Origin: an uncultured Gammaproteobacteria bacterium
GTDB taxonomy: Bacteria; Patescibacteriota; Microgenomatia; UBA8517
NCBI GenBank assembly: GCA_965231135.1
Contig: OZ246419.1
Location: 641,488 to 705,487, forward strand
DNA: 64,000 nt
Reading direction: 5' to 3'
Position numbers and translations under genes: made by a program. Under the pieces are notes generated by a model. It was not told the DNA's origin. It searched no databases and worked only from the letters and a program-made list of their open reading frames with translations. Positions 9,427-18,986 of the stretch are shown in pieces. Every line of letters begins with the position of its first letter. Within the stretch, counting starts at the first letter, position 1.

Positions 9427-10206
9427 TCAACCCCAGTGGGTCGCTAAAAACATAATAAAGAATACGATTACGCCTACGATCAAATGATCTCGAACTGTTA
9501 ATTTGAAAAGCCGATCTTCAAGCTCAGCCTGGCCTAGGCCCAAGAGGACATAAATACCAATTGTAAGAAAAACCGAGCCTACAACCACAGTTACGGGCCA
9601 AAAATAAAGTATAATCCCCACTTCTGTCAAAGCTAGGGTAAAAACTCCTGCGTATAAAAACATTTTATTTAAATTCAGATTTTTGATTTCTATCGAACTT
9701 ATCCAAAGGCCTTGAAGAAAAAGAAACATTGAAATTAAAGCAACACCAAGGGCTGTGATAAAAATATTTGCCTTAATAGAAATAAGAGCGTTGTATAAAA
9801 GAAAGCTTGTTACATAAGTTAAGATAAAACCAACAGAACGAGCACCACGAAAAAGCGGAATAGTTTTTCGCATTGAAACTGTAAAAATATTTTCAGTTCT
9901 ACATAATACATAAATCCCTAAACCAAAAAGAATAACGACAGGAAGCCTGGCAAATATGCTTGTCGGGATTAAAAACCAAAAAATACCAACTCCAAGAGTA
10001 AAAAGCGGAGGCAAAATAAGCGACAATAAACTTTCATTAATCCCCAACCCTTCCCAAAGAGAAAAAACAAATAAAATGATTGTTGCAAAAGTCAAAAAGA
10101 AAATTGATAAGAGACGGGATTGGTCAGGAACAAAATTAATACCTAAAAATCCAAGTGACAAAACAATTGAGGTGATAATAAATCTTACTTCCTTAGAAAT
10201 TCGCAT
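9427..10206 (-). CDS. Polytopic membrane protein, unknown function
   Basis: ~9 TM segments; likely start MRISKE overlapping the yebC 3' end. Confidence 0.75.
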   Translation of the reverse strand: MRISKEVRFIITSIVLSLGFLGINFVPDQSRLLSIFFLTFATIILFVFSLWEGLGINESLLSLILPPLFTLGVGIFWFLIPTSIFARLPVVILFGLGIYVLCRTENIFTVSMRKTIPLFRGARSVGFILTYVTSFLLYNALISIKANIFITALGVALISMFLFLQGLWISSIEIKNLNLNKMFLYAGVFTLALTEVGIILYFWPVTVVVGSVFLTIGIYVLLGLGQAELEDRLFKLTVRDHLIVGVIVFFIMFLATHWG

Positions 10207-10894
10207 TTGTGAAGACTTTTTGGACGTCGTCGTGATTGTCAAAATTCTCTAAAAATTGTGTTACTTGTGCACTTTTATCCGGTGTAACATCTGAGAAGTT
10301 TATTGGCTTTTGCATCAACTCTGCTGAGGTTACTTGAAAACTATTTTCTGTTAGCTTTTTTTGCATTTCATTTAATTTATTTGGTTCGACATAAATTTCC
10401 AATTCTTCACCAACATCTTCAAAATCCTCTGCTCCTAAATCAATTAATTTTAATAGGTCATCATCTGAAGCAGTTTTTTTAATTACAAGTAATCCCTTTG
10501 GAGCAAAGTTAAAGGAAACAGAACCAGGATTTCCCATCTTTCCCCCATTTTTTTCAAAAAGATTTTTTATTTCTGCGTTTGTTCTATTTCTATTATCAGT
10601 TGCTACTTCAACTAAAACCGCAGCACCTCCTGGAGCAAAACCTTCATATAAAACTTCTTCCAGTTCTCCCCCACTACTTGCTTTAGAAATTGCACGATCG
10701 ATATTTTCTTTAGGCATACTTGCTTCACGCGCTTTTTCTATTGCGATTCTTAATTTGAAATTTGCATCTGGATCAGCTCCGCCTTTTGCTGCAATTGTAA
10801 TAGCTCGGGAAAGTTTTGAGAAAACTTGACCACGAGCGTTATCTTTTAATTCTTTTTGACGTTTAGTTGTAGCGTAATGAGAATGACCTGACAT
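10193..10894 (-). CDS. yebC: YebC/PmpR family protein
   Basis: MSGHSH start, YEGFAPGG, TDNRNRT, DDVQKVFTN. Confidence 0.95.
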   Translation of the reverse strand: MSGHSHYATTKRQKELKDNARGQVFSKLSRAITIAAKGGADPDANFKLRIAIEKAREASMPKENIDRAISKASSGGELEEVLYEGFAPGGAAVLVEVATDNRNRTNAEIKNLFEKNGGKMGNPGSVSFNFAPKGLLVIKKTASDDDLLKLIDLGAEDFEDVGEELEIYVEPNKLNEMQKKLTENSFQVTSAELMQKPINFSDVTPDKSAQVTQFLENFDNHDDVQKVFTNANF

Positions 10895-10961
10895 TTTTAC
10901 TTATTATACTCTTGACATAAATAATAGACAATTTATACTCAATCAAGTTGACAACATAAAA

Positions 10962-11534
10962 ATGGAATCAGATCTTGCCCATGAAGCCATAAGCGCAGCA
11001 CTTTGTTGCGACTGGGAAAAAGCTACACTTCTTAATTTAGAAATTTTAAAAAGCAGACCAGAAGATATTGATGCAATGAATAGACTTGCTAGAGCTTATG
11101 CTGAAAGCGGAAATATAAAAAAAGCTACAGAACTAAGCGAAAAAGTATTGAAAATTGATGCGAATAACACAATTGCTTTAAAGTGTGTTGAAAAATGGAA
11201 AAATTTCAAGCCAGGAAACGGGACTAATCATAAAATTGCAAAAATTAGTTTTATAGAAGAACCTGCAAGAACAAAAATTGTTAGTTTAACTAATTTGGGA
11301 GATAAAGAGACAATTATGGAACTAAGCTGCGGAGACGCCGTTAAAATTGATGCGAGCCTTCATAAAGTAAGCGTTGCTACTTTTGACGATAAATATATCG
11401 GGAGATTTCCTGATAATATTGCTTTGAAATTTATAAGTTTATTTAAACTTGGCGGCGAATACGAAGCGTCAGTTAAAACGGCTGACCGAAGCAGTGTAAA
11501 AATATTTGTGCGCGCACTTAAAAACGGTTTCTAA
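10962..11534 (+). CDS. TPR-repeat protein with small beta-barrel (HIRAN-like) C-domain
   Basis: NRLARAYAESG TPR; FIEEPARTKIVSL; YIGRFPD. Confidence 0.7.
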   Translation: MESDLAHEAISAALCCDWEKATLLNLEILKSRPEDIDAMNRLARAYAESGNIKKATELSEKVLKIDANNTIALKCVEKWKNFKPGNGTNHKIAKISFIEEPARTKIVSLTNLGDKETIMELSCGDAVKIDASLHKVSVATFDDKYIGRFPDNIALKFISLFKLGGEYEASVKTADRSSVKIFVRALKNGF

Positions 11535-12465
11535 AAATTTCCCCAATATCTATTTGAATGTCAAAATTATTTGGTGCTTTGGAATAGCTTTTGTCACATG
11601 AGAAAATTTTTGCAATTTTATCGACTGCAGCCTGAGTTTGCCCTGTTATTTTGCAATCAAGCGATTTGTTGACATCCATATTTTGGATTGATGCAACGTT
11701 TGCACCTAAAGCTTCAACTGTCTTTGTGACAATTCCCGATGCAACTGAAGTTGAAGTGTAATCGTTTATCAAAACATTTAGATTTTTACTTGCTAAATTT
11801 GTATCTACCAAAAAAGATTCAACACTTGTGGGAATGTTATCTGTAATTGTCCAGCCCAAAGATCCGTCTGTTAATTTCGCGCGAGAAAGCTCACTTGTAT
11901 CTTCAAGGCTGGTCGTGATTTTTCCATTTGCATTGACTGCTATCGCAAAATTTGCCATGCGTAATTTATCAAATACAGATAAATTAGAAATGTCTGGCTT
12001 AAAAAAGGTACTTAATTCAGATAAAATATTGCCATTTGTTAATTTTATAAAATCAGGACCAGACCAATCTGTAATTGGAAAATTAAAAGACTTTATAAGA
12101 GTATTTTTTAAAAAAATTCCTCCTAAATTTTTATCATTCCCCAACTTTGAGATGCTTCCCAATTTCCATGTCCCTAAATTATTTGCAGCATTTACTTCAA
12201 CTTCTGCCGGAGCTACCAAATAACTGATTGAAGATGTTCCTGGATCTAAAACAGTTATAGTTACAATTCCTGCAGAATCTTCGCTTGCAACTAGAATTTT
12301 TGATTTGCCATCCCAAGAAGAATTAGCTGATAGCAAAAAATAAAAAATAGCAACAATAGTGAAAAGGATTGCAAAAACGATAAAAAATAATTTTAAATGA
12401 GATTTTTTTGGCGGTTCTTCGACTATGGCCTTTTTGGAAGTTTTAAGATGATGGAGGTCCTGCAT
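11518..12465 (-). CDS. Membrane-anchored LytR/CpsA/Psr-like protein with LytR_C-like end
   Basis: N-terminal TM; C-terminal VLIN...LGANV...DIQIDIGE pattern. Confidence 0.55.
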   Translation of the reverse strand: MQDLHHLKTSKKAIVEEPPKKSHLKLFFIVFAILFTIVAIFYFLLSANSSWDGKSKILVASEDSAGIVTITVLDPGTSSISYLVAPAEVEVNAANNLGTWKLGSISKLGNDKNLGGIFLKNTLIKSFNFPITDWSGPDFIKLTNGNILSELSTFFKPDISNLSVFDKLRMANFAIAVNANGKITTSLEDTSELSRAKLTDGSLGWTITDNIPTSVESFLVDTNLASKNLNVLINDYTSTSVASGIVTKTVEALGANVASIQNMDVNKSLDCKITGQTQAAVDKIAKIFSCDKSYSKAPNNFDIQIDIGEIFRNRF

Positions 12466-12471
12466 GGCAAC

Positions 12472-14157
12472 TTACATATTAGCATGAGAAAGGCGAAGTG
12501 ATTTTAATTTTTTATTTACCTCTTCTTTGTTTCTACCAGAGTTAATCAAGATACTTTTAACAATTGAAATAGCTGCTTCAAATTCTGGCTGAACAACTTT
12601 TTGAACTTTAAGATCAAGTAATTTTTTAATATCACTATCAAGATGCGCACGAACCATAATTTTTAAATCTGGATAATTTTTCTTACAATATGCAACAATT
12701 TCTTCCTGAGCAACTGGATCAGGAATACTAATTATGACAGCTTTTGCATTCTTGACCTGCGCTTCTTCAAGCATCTCTGGAACGGAAGCATCACCATAAA
12801 GCGCATTGTCGCCTTTTAGTTTTGCTTCATGAATTACTTTATGATTGTAATCAATAATAATAAAATCGACTCCAATTTCTTTTAAAGCTTTTCCAATCCA
12901 TTTCCCCATTCTGCCAAAACCAGCAAGAATAATATGATCTTTTAATTCAGGTTTATTATCTTCGCTTTGCCTTGTTCCTCCTACAAAAAATTTATGAATA
13001 GGACTATTTTTAGTTTTTTCTTTAATAAAATTCCAAATTGGAGTAAGCTCTTTAAATAAAACTGAGGAAACAAGAAGAGTGACAAGCGTTGTTGAAATTG
13101 CAATTTGAGTTAGATTTGAATCTAAAATTCCAAGCGCTTGGGCAAGCAAAAACAACACAAAAGCAAATTCCCCTACTTGTGCAATTCCAATTGAAACGGC
13201 GATCGCAGTTTTGCCGCGAACTCCAAATAAAAGATTTAATAAAAAAGTAACGAGCGCTTTTATAAAAATAATAAAGACTGTCAAAATTAAAATTGTGAAA
13301 AAATGTGTAAAGACAAAAATTGGAGAGACTAAAAACCCAAGCGATACAAAAAATAAAGTTACAAAAATGTCGCGAAGTGGGCGGGTTTCGCTAAAAATGG
13401 CATGATTCTCCTGAGTTTTGGAAATAACGACTCCGGCCAAAAATGCGCCAAAGCTTGCAGAAATTCCAAAAAGAGTTACCAAACTTGCAACACCAAGCGC
13501 TAAAACAATTGCAAGTAATAATAAAAATTCACGATTGTTGGTTTTAGCTACAAGATGGGTAAGATAGGGAGCAACTAATTTTCCAATCAATAAAACCAAC
13601 CCTAAAATCAAAACTGTAGTAAGCAGAGAACTTAATGCAACACTTCCCCAGGAGTTATTTTGTAAAGTCAAAGTTGGTAATAAAACAACTATTGGAATAA
13701 CTGCTAAATCTTGAACTAAAGCCCAGCTGGTAAGAATTTCATAATGAATTGTCCCCTCTTCCTGGCGGTCAGAAAGAATTTTTACTATTAAAGCAGTTGA
13801 TGACATTGAAAATGCAAGCGATAAAACCAAACTTGCAGCTGGAGCTATGTTCGCAAAAGTTACAAGACAAAAGAATAATATTGCAGTAACAATAATAATT
13901 TGCAAAATGCTGCCAACAATAGCTATTTTTCCGACTTTAATTAATTTTTCCAGAGAAATTTCGAGGCCAACTGAAAACATTAATAAAATAACACCAATCT
14001 GGGCAATATTTTGACTAGTTGAATTATCAAAAGAAAAAATTAAACCACCAATACTTCCAGCTAAAATATAACCAACTAATGAAGGGATTTTTAGAGCTTT
14101 AGCAATAAGACCACCGATTAAAGCCGCGAGAAGTATGAAAAATAATGTGGTAATCAT
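12472..14157 (-). CDS. CPA2 cation:proton antiporter with TrkA-N (KTN) domain
   Basis: GLEISLEKL, SSTALIVK, VQDLAVIP, GEFAFV; GFGRMG Rossmann, YGDAS, QPEFEAA. Confidence 0.92.
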   Translation of the reverse strand: MITTLFFILLAALIGGLIAKALKIPSLVGYILAGSIGGLIFSFDNSTSQNIAQIGVILLMFSVGLEISLEKLIKVGKIAIVGSILQIIIVTAILFFCLVTFANIAPAASLVLSLAFSMSSTALIVKILSDRQEEGTIHYEILTSWALVQDLAVIPIVVLLPTLTLQNNSWGSVALSSLLTTVLILGLVLLIGKLVAPYLTHLVAKTNNREFLLLLAIVLALGVASLVTLFGISASFGAFLAGVVISKTQENHAIFSETRPLRDIFVTLFFVSLGFLVSPIFVFTHFFTILILTVFIIFIKALVTFLLNLLFGVRGKTAIAVSIGIAQVGEFAFVLFLLAQALGILDSNLTQIAISTTLVTLLVSSVLFKELTPIWNFIKEKTKNSPIHKFFVGGTRQSEDNKPELKDHIILAGFGRMGKWIGKALKEIGVDFIIIDYNHKVIHEAKLKGDNALYGDASVPEMLEEAQVKNAKAVIISIPDPVAQEEIVAYCKKNYPDLKIMVRAHLDSDIKKLLDLKVQKVVQPEFEAAISIVKSILINSGRNKEEVNKKLKSLRLSHANM

Positions 14158-14185
14158 TTATTTTTCAGTGTAGCAAAGAAGAGAT

Positions 14186-14494
14186 TTAAAGAGAATTGGC
14201 TAAATTGAGAATTGATTGTGTTGGTGGAAGTCCTTCTTCTTCATTTCCCAAACCAATACGAAATACAATCTCTTTTAAATCCTTAAAATCGCCAGCTACT
14301 GCTCTAACAACCGAAGGTTCCATAAGTTCACCATATGCTGATAAATCTATTGCCATCATTAATCTTAATGCATCTAACTTTGCAGTTTCTTGAGGTAATA
14401 TTCTATTTTCATATTTTTGCTTAATTTCATGAATTACCATATCCATGGTGTGTTCAGAATTACGAAGCTCATGTTCAATAAAAGGACTTGCCAT
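14186..14494 (-). CDS. Hypothetical orphan protein
   Basis: 102 aa ORF; TATAAT 7 nt upstream of ATG. Confidence 0.55.
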   Translation of the reverse strand: MASPFIEHELRNSEHTMDMVIHEIKQKYENRILPQETAKLDALRLMMAIDLSAYGELMEPSVVRAVAGDFKDLKEIVFRIGLGNEEEGLPPTQSILNLANSL

Positions 14495-14523
14495 GTTAAT
14501 TATTATAATACATGTTTTGATAT

Positions 14524-15225
14524 TTACAAAAATTTTTCAAATTCTTTTGGTAAATTGGTTTCTAATTTTATTTTCTTTTTTGTAACTGGATGAATAAATT
14601 CAATTTCTTTGGCATGAAGCATTAAGCGGCCAAAAATTTGTAAATCTTTTTTTGAAACTTTTCTGCCTGCATACAAAAAATCCCCCACTATTGGATGCCC
14701 TATATGTTTTAAGTGAACTCTTAATTGGTGAGTGCGGCCTGTTTTTGGATATAATTCGAGCAAACTATATTCTTTAGACCCTTCGACTTCGCTCAGGGTG
14801 ACACTTCGTGCCACTTTATATTTTGTTAGTGCATCGCGGCCATTATCAATTACTCCAAATTTGCTTCTCTTCCAAGGAAGTCTGCCAATTTTTGCATTAA
14901 TTTCACCAATGCCCTGCATTTCTCCATGAACCAATGCAACATAAACCTTATTTACTTCGCGATCAAAAAATTCTTTTTGTAATTCATGAAAAATATTTTC
15001 ATTTTTGGCAACTAAAATAATTCCGGAAGTTGGCTTATCTAATCTGTGTACTATTCCGTTTCGTAACATTTTATTGTGGGCAATTTCAAAATCATAATTT
15101 TTATCAATCCAATCCTGGAGACTTGGCGCATCTGAAATAGTATTTGAATCGTTTACAACAAAGCCAGCTGGTTTATTTAGAGCGAGAATGTAATCATCTT
15201 CGAAGATTACTTGAGGATTGTCCAT
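14524..15225 (-). CDS. RluA-family pseudouridine synthase
   Basis: NKPAG, HRLDKPTSG (catalytic Asp), TGRTHQLRVH, HPIVGD; start MDNPQ overlaps upstream stop (TAATG). Confidence 0.93.
   Translation of the reverse strand: MDNPQVIFEDDYILALNKPAGFVVNDSNTISDAPSLQDWIDKNYDFEIAHNKMLRNGIVHRLDKPTSGIILVAKNENIFHELQKEFFDREVNKVYVALVHGEMQGIGEINAKIGRLPWKRSKFGVIDNGRDALTKYKVARSVTLSEVEGSKEYSLLELYPKTGRTHQLRVHLKHIGHPIVGDFLYAGRKVSKKDLQIFGRLMLHAKEIEFIHPVTKKKIKLETNLPKEFEKFL
14777..14803. repeat. REP-like palindromic element inside the RluA-family gene
   Basis: gacccttcgacttcgctcagggtgaca; accct/agggt stem; 18 nt identical to 54098-54115. Confidence 0.8.
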
Positions 15226-15614
15226 TATTTTTTCTTTTCGCAGGATACACAAAGCGAAGCTTGCGGATAAACCATCAAGCGATCTGTGTCAATCATCTTA
15301 CCACAGTTTTCGCAGATTCCGTATTTACCCAATTTAATTCTTGTTAGAGCTTTACGAATTTCAATTCTTTTTTTATCAATCTGTTCACGAAGAGCTGATG
15401 TTGTCGCATGGCCAAATTGCTCCTCTGCTTCAGTGTCCAGTGCTGCATTATCATCTGCTCTTGCATGATTTGAAAAGGGATCTTCTTCTTTAAGATTTTT
15501 CTTTTGGCGATCTAAGACATGCAATTGATCTTGCAAGAAAGTCTGTACTGGGCGCAAGACTGACGACGGAAATTTTATTGGTTCTTCTTTTTTAGTTACT
15601 TTTGTTTTTGCCAT
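15225..15614 (-). CDS. TraR/DksA C4 zinc-finger protein
   Basis: Coiled coil followed by YGICENCG...RL...P.ASLCVSC. Confidence 0.9.
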   Translation of the reverse strand: MAKTKVTKKEEPIKFPSSVLRPVQTFLQDQLHVLDRQKKNLKEEDPFSNHARADDNAALDTEAEEQFGHATTSALREQIDKKRIEIRKALTRIKLGKYGICENCGKMIDTDRLMVYPQASLCVSCEKKK

Positions 15615-15615
15615 T

Positions 15616-16257
15616 TTAGCTCCCTGACAAATTATACAACACTATGAAAAACAGAAAAGATGTAATACTACTTAATATTGCATCAAATTTGCCTACAAAG
15701 GATAGCATCATTGGATCTATTAATGCAAACACAACCCTAAAAAGAAAAAAGGCAGCTAAACAAACAAGCCCAGCAAAGCCGAGCTTGCCAGATTTATACC
15801 AATTAAATAATTTGTATTTTTTGGTCAAAAAAGAGAAAAAAGGAATCAGGGCAACAGTAAGAAGGGAAAAAATTAAAAGATAAACATCTTTTGTAAGCAC
15901 TGCATTCACGATAAAAATAGTAAAAAGTAGAAACAAAGAACCAAGAGTTACAGCTTCAAGAGTTTCAAATAGGCGCAAGTTTAATTTATAAAAGGCAACA
16001 CAAAAACCGATACATGAAAAAATAACAGCAGTCCAAAACCATATACCAGAAAAATTAAAAATATTTTTTAGACCATTAATGGATAAGCTTCTTCCAAGAA
16101 AGCCTAAAATAAAACCAAAAAGAAGAAAGCCAATTACAATAAACGCGCCAGAGAAGATCTGATCTGATGTGTAATCTTCTTTGAGGCTTTTCCAGAAAAA
16201 ATATAAAAAGCCTAAAATTCCGACAGGAAAGCTAATAAAAATACTTACGTTTGACAT
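15616..16257 (-). CDS. Polytopic membrane protein (distant Lgt-like topology, catalytic motifs not seen)
   Basis: ~7 TM segments. Confidence 0.6.
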   Translation of the reverse strand: MSNVSIFISFPVGILGFLYFFWKSLKEDYTSDQIFSGAFIVIGFLLFGFILGFLGRSLSINGLKNIFNFSGIWFWTAVIFSCIGFCVAFYKLNLRLFETLEAVTLGSLFLLFTIFIVNAVLTKDVYLLIFSLLTVALIPFFSFLTKKYKLFNWYKSGKLGFAGLVCLAAFFLFRVVFALIDPMMLSFVGKFDAILSSITSFLFFIVLYNLSGS

Positions 16258-16282
16258 GTAAACTCACCAAATTATATCATTT

Positions 16283-16750
16283 ATGTACTTTATGCTTGAA
16301 ACGCCTCATGTCGCAGTTGGCGCTGCGATTGCAAGTAAAATCCCAAACCCGTTTATTGCAATTCCCCTTGCATTTGCTTCACATTTTATTTTGGATATTA
16401 CTCCACACTGGAATCCACATATCAATCGCGAAATTAAAAAGTATGGACATCCAACGAAACAAAGTATTAATATAATCAGGATAGATTCGGCTGTTGCTTT
16501 GGTTCTGGGAAGTGCACTTGCTCTTCATGCTGGTACGCCGATGCAAGCGGCAAATGTTTTAGCCTGCAGTTTTGTAGCAGTTACTCCTGATGTTGTTGAA
16601 ATTCCATATTATTTTTTGCATAAAAAATATACTGTTCTTGAAAAATGGATTGCCTGGCAAAAATCTATTCAGGCTGATGCTGAGCCAGTCATTGGGCTTG
16701 CCACACAATTTATTATTGTTTTAGTTGCTTTGTTTTGGATATTCAGTTAA
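16283..16750 (+). CDS. Membrane metal-dependent hydrolase-like protein
   Basis: ETPH...ASHFILDITPHW, PD motifs with hydrophobic segments. Confidence 0.6.
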   Translation: MYFMLETPHVAVGAAIASKIPNPFIAIPLAFASHFILDITPHWNPHINREIKKYGHPTKQSINIIRIDSAVALVLGSALALHAGTPMQAANVLACSFVAVTPDVVEIPYYFLHKKYTVLEKWIAWQKSIQADAEPVIGLATQFIIVLVALFWIFS

Positions 16751-17314
16751 TTATTTTAATTTCAAATCAAGTAACTTTGGAGGGTCATCATAGCCACTAA
16801 TATAGGCAAAAAGTTCGTTATATTGAGGATTGAATTTCACTTCGTCAATTCCTTGTGCTGGATAGTTCCCTGAAGTTTGCACAACAATCTCGGGCATTTT
16901 ATTTGTTGGAACAAATATTAGTAAATCATGATTAATAGAAGCAATAAAGTAAGCATTACCCTTCGAAAGAGTGAATTCTTTGCATTCTATAATATAACCT
17001 GATGATATTTCGGTCTTTGGATCAACTCCTCTTACTTGGGTAATATTTGATAGTTCTTTAATAATAGTTTGCGGGCTAATTGAGCAATTGTTGCCTTCAA
17101 TAAGGCTACTATCAAATATATAAGAAGGGTTTGAGTCTGTACTCATTGTGAAATAACTTGACTCTAATGGCGGAACATAACTTGCATATGTATAGTCTTC
17201 ATAGCTAAATGAAGTTATAAACCAAGTGATAAAAGAAATTATTGCGCCAAAAATAAATAAAAAAATCATGTATTTAATATGATTATGTTTTTTACTTATT
17301 TGCTCATCAGACAT
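16751..17314 (-). CDS. Single-TM exported hypothetical protein
   Basis: N-terminal TM, beta-rich ectodomain. Confidence 0.65.
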   Translation of the reverse strand: MSDEQISKKHNHIKYMIFLFIFGAIISFITWFITSFSYEDYTYASYVPPLESSYFTMSTDSNPSYIFDSSLIEGNNCSISPQTIIKELSNITQVRGVDPKTEISSGYIIECKEFTLSKGNAYFIASINHDLLIFVPTNKMPEIVVQTSGNYPAQGIDEVKFNPQYNELFAYISGYDDPPKLLDLKLK

Positions 17315-17316
17315 AT

Positions 17317-17799
17317 TTAGTTAATTTTCTTACAAGAATATACAGTTGTTTCTTGAACTGGCCCTGCGGATGCATTTGTAGTTTGGACTAGATAGCCATT
17401 TATTTTTGAAATGTATAAACTTCCATACCGATCATACTCACTAATATCTTGGTTTGTTTCATTATCAATTTGGACTATTTCAGGTTTACTATCACTATTA
17501 GCAAAATTAAGAGATATTGTTTGACCAGCTCGAGAAACAGTTATTGTAGACTTGTAATTTCCTCTTGTTGAACCGATTGCATAATATGAACTATCCGGCG
17601 TGTAGGGATTAAAGTCGTTTTCTATAAATTCATTACAGTTTAGAGTTGTGAAGTTTTCTATATTATGCGGTTGATATTGGAGATAAACAGTAGCGTCATT
17701 ATTTTTAATTAGTATGTAAATTATCAATATTAATGCCAAAAGTCCAAGAATAATTGTAATAATCCAGTGAAGTTTATGAAATTTTTCTTTTGTTTTCAT
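17317..17799 (-). CDS. Single-TM exported hypothetical protein
   Basis: N-terminal TM, two Cys; ATGA overlap with efp stop. Confidence 0.65.
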   Translation of the reverse strand: MKTKEKFHKLHWIITIILGLLALILIIYILIKNNDATVYLQYQPHNIENFTTLNCNEFIENDFNPYTPDSSYYAIGSTRGNYKSTITVSRAGQTISLNFANSDSKPEIVQIDNETNQDISEYDRYGSLYISKINGYLVQTTNASAGPVQETTVYSCKKIN

Positions 17800-18359
17800 T
17801 TATTTGCTCGTTCGACATAAGAGGAAGTTCTTGTATCAACTCTAATTTCTTCACCGACATTTATAAAAAGTGGCACTTTGATGATTATGCCGTTACTTAA
17901 TTTTGCCGGCTTATATAAATTGCTTACTGTATTTCCTTTGACTCCTGGATCTGTCTCGACAACTGTCAAAACTACTTTTGGAGCAATATCAATTGATAAA
18001 ACTTTTTCATTCCAAAAAAGTAAATCAACATTATCCCCTTCTTTTACAAAAGGTAATTCTTCGCTAATAACTGCGACAGGAACTTCTACTTGATCAAAAG
18101 TTTGTGGATCCATGAAAGTTGCTGTGGTTGCATCTTTAAATAAATATTGAAGGCGGCGCTTTGTGGTAATTAATTCATCAAATTTATTTTCAGTGCCTAG
18201 AGAAAGAGGCTGAGTTGTACCTGTTTCCATGTTTTTAACCATGAGTTTTACAGTTGCAGCTCCACGACCCATTTTGATTAATGAATAATTTACGACTTTG
18301 AAAGGTTTATCGTAATAAATAAATGTTTTGCCGTTTTTAAGATCTGTTGAATTTATCAT
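17796..18359 (-). CDS. efp: Elongation factor P
   Basis: KMGRGAA loop, TDPGVKGNT, KVPLFINVGEEIRVDTR...YVER. Confidence 0.96.
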   Translation of the reverse strand: MINSTDLKNGKTFIYYDKPFKVVNYSLIKMGRGAATVKLMVKNMETGTTQPLSLGTENKFDELITTKRRLQYLFKDATTATFMDPQTFDQVEVPVAVISEELPFVKEGDNVDLLFWNEKVLSIDIAPKVVLTVVETDPGVKGNTVSNLYKPAKLSNGIIIKVPLFINVGEEIRVDTRTSSYVERANK

Positions 18360-18443
18360 TTGCAGAGGTATTATACCTCGCAGTTAGCTCATTTAGCTAG
18401 TTTTTAATAAGCGAAGCTTGTCACTATGATAAAATTAATGCTC

Positions 18444-18653
18444 ATGTCGCTAAAAGAAATTACACACCCAAATTTACCAAGACAATTGTTGGCTGAAGAT
18501 AATGTCAGACATGCTGAAGATAAATCAACAGAGTTGTTTTTTCAAATGATTGGCCGAGGTTTGAAACAACGAGAGGTCAGAAAAATAGCAAGACATGTCG
18601 GGCTAAACGAAAGAGATCCTTTCGGAAGGGATTTTTTTGAATTTTTGGACTAA
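18444..18653 (+). CDS. Hypothetical orphan protein
   Basis: ORF preceded by TGaTAAAAT; likely start MSLKE. Confidence 0.5.
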   Translation: MSLKEITHPNLPRQLLAEDNVRHAEDKSTELFFQMIGRGLKQREVRKIARHVGLNERDPFGRDFFEFLD

Positions 18654-18676
18654 TACGTGAGATAATATGCGTAATT

Positions 18677-18761
18677 GCCGGGGTGGCGGAATGGCAGACG
18701 CGTAGGTCTCAAAAACCTATGGGGATAACACCTCGTGAGGGTTCGACTCCCTCCTCCGGCA
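18677..18761 (+). tRNA. tRNA-Leu(CAA)
   Basis: gccgggg/ctccggc acceptor stem, GGCGGAATGGCAGACGC D-arm, taggt-ctCAAaa-accta anticodon arm, long variable arm, GGTTCGACTCC T-loop; CCA not encoded. Confidence 0.97.
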
Positions 18762-18773
18762 CTTACTAATAAA

Positions 18774-18983
18774 ATGGAATTCGATAATAATCTAGATTTT
18801 GGAGAAATATTCCAAAGAGCAAAACAAAGACATCATGACTACTTTTTGCGTGCATTTTATGAAGGAAAATTAAGTAAAGAAGATGAAGCAGAACTTAAGC
18901 TAGCAATTGATCGCGAACATAATTCTATTGTACAACCTTTAGGAGCAGGTATTCCGTTTGAAGATGAACTTCATAATAATTAA
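18774..18983 (+). CDS. Hypothetical orphan protein
   Basis: ATG just after the tRNA; the upstream extension in the ORF track overlaps the tRNA. Confidence 0.5.
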   Translation: MEFDNNLDFGEIFQRAKQRHHDYFLRAFYEGKLSKEDEAELKLAIDREHNSIVQPLGAGIPFEDELHNN

Positions 18984-18986
18984 TAT

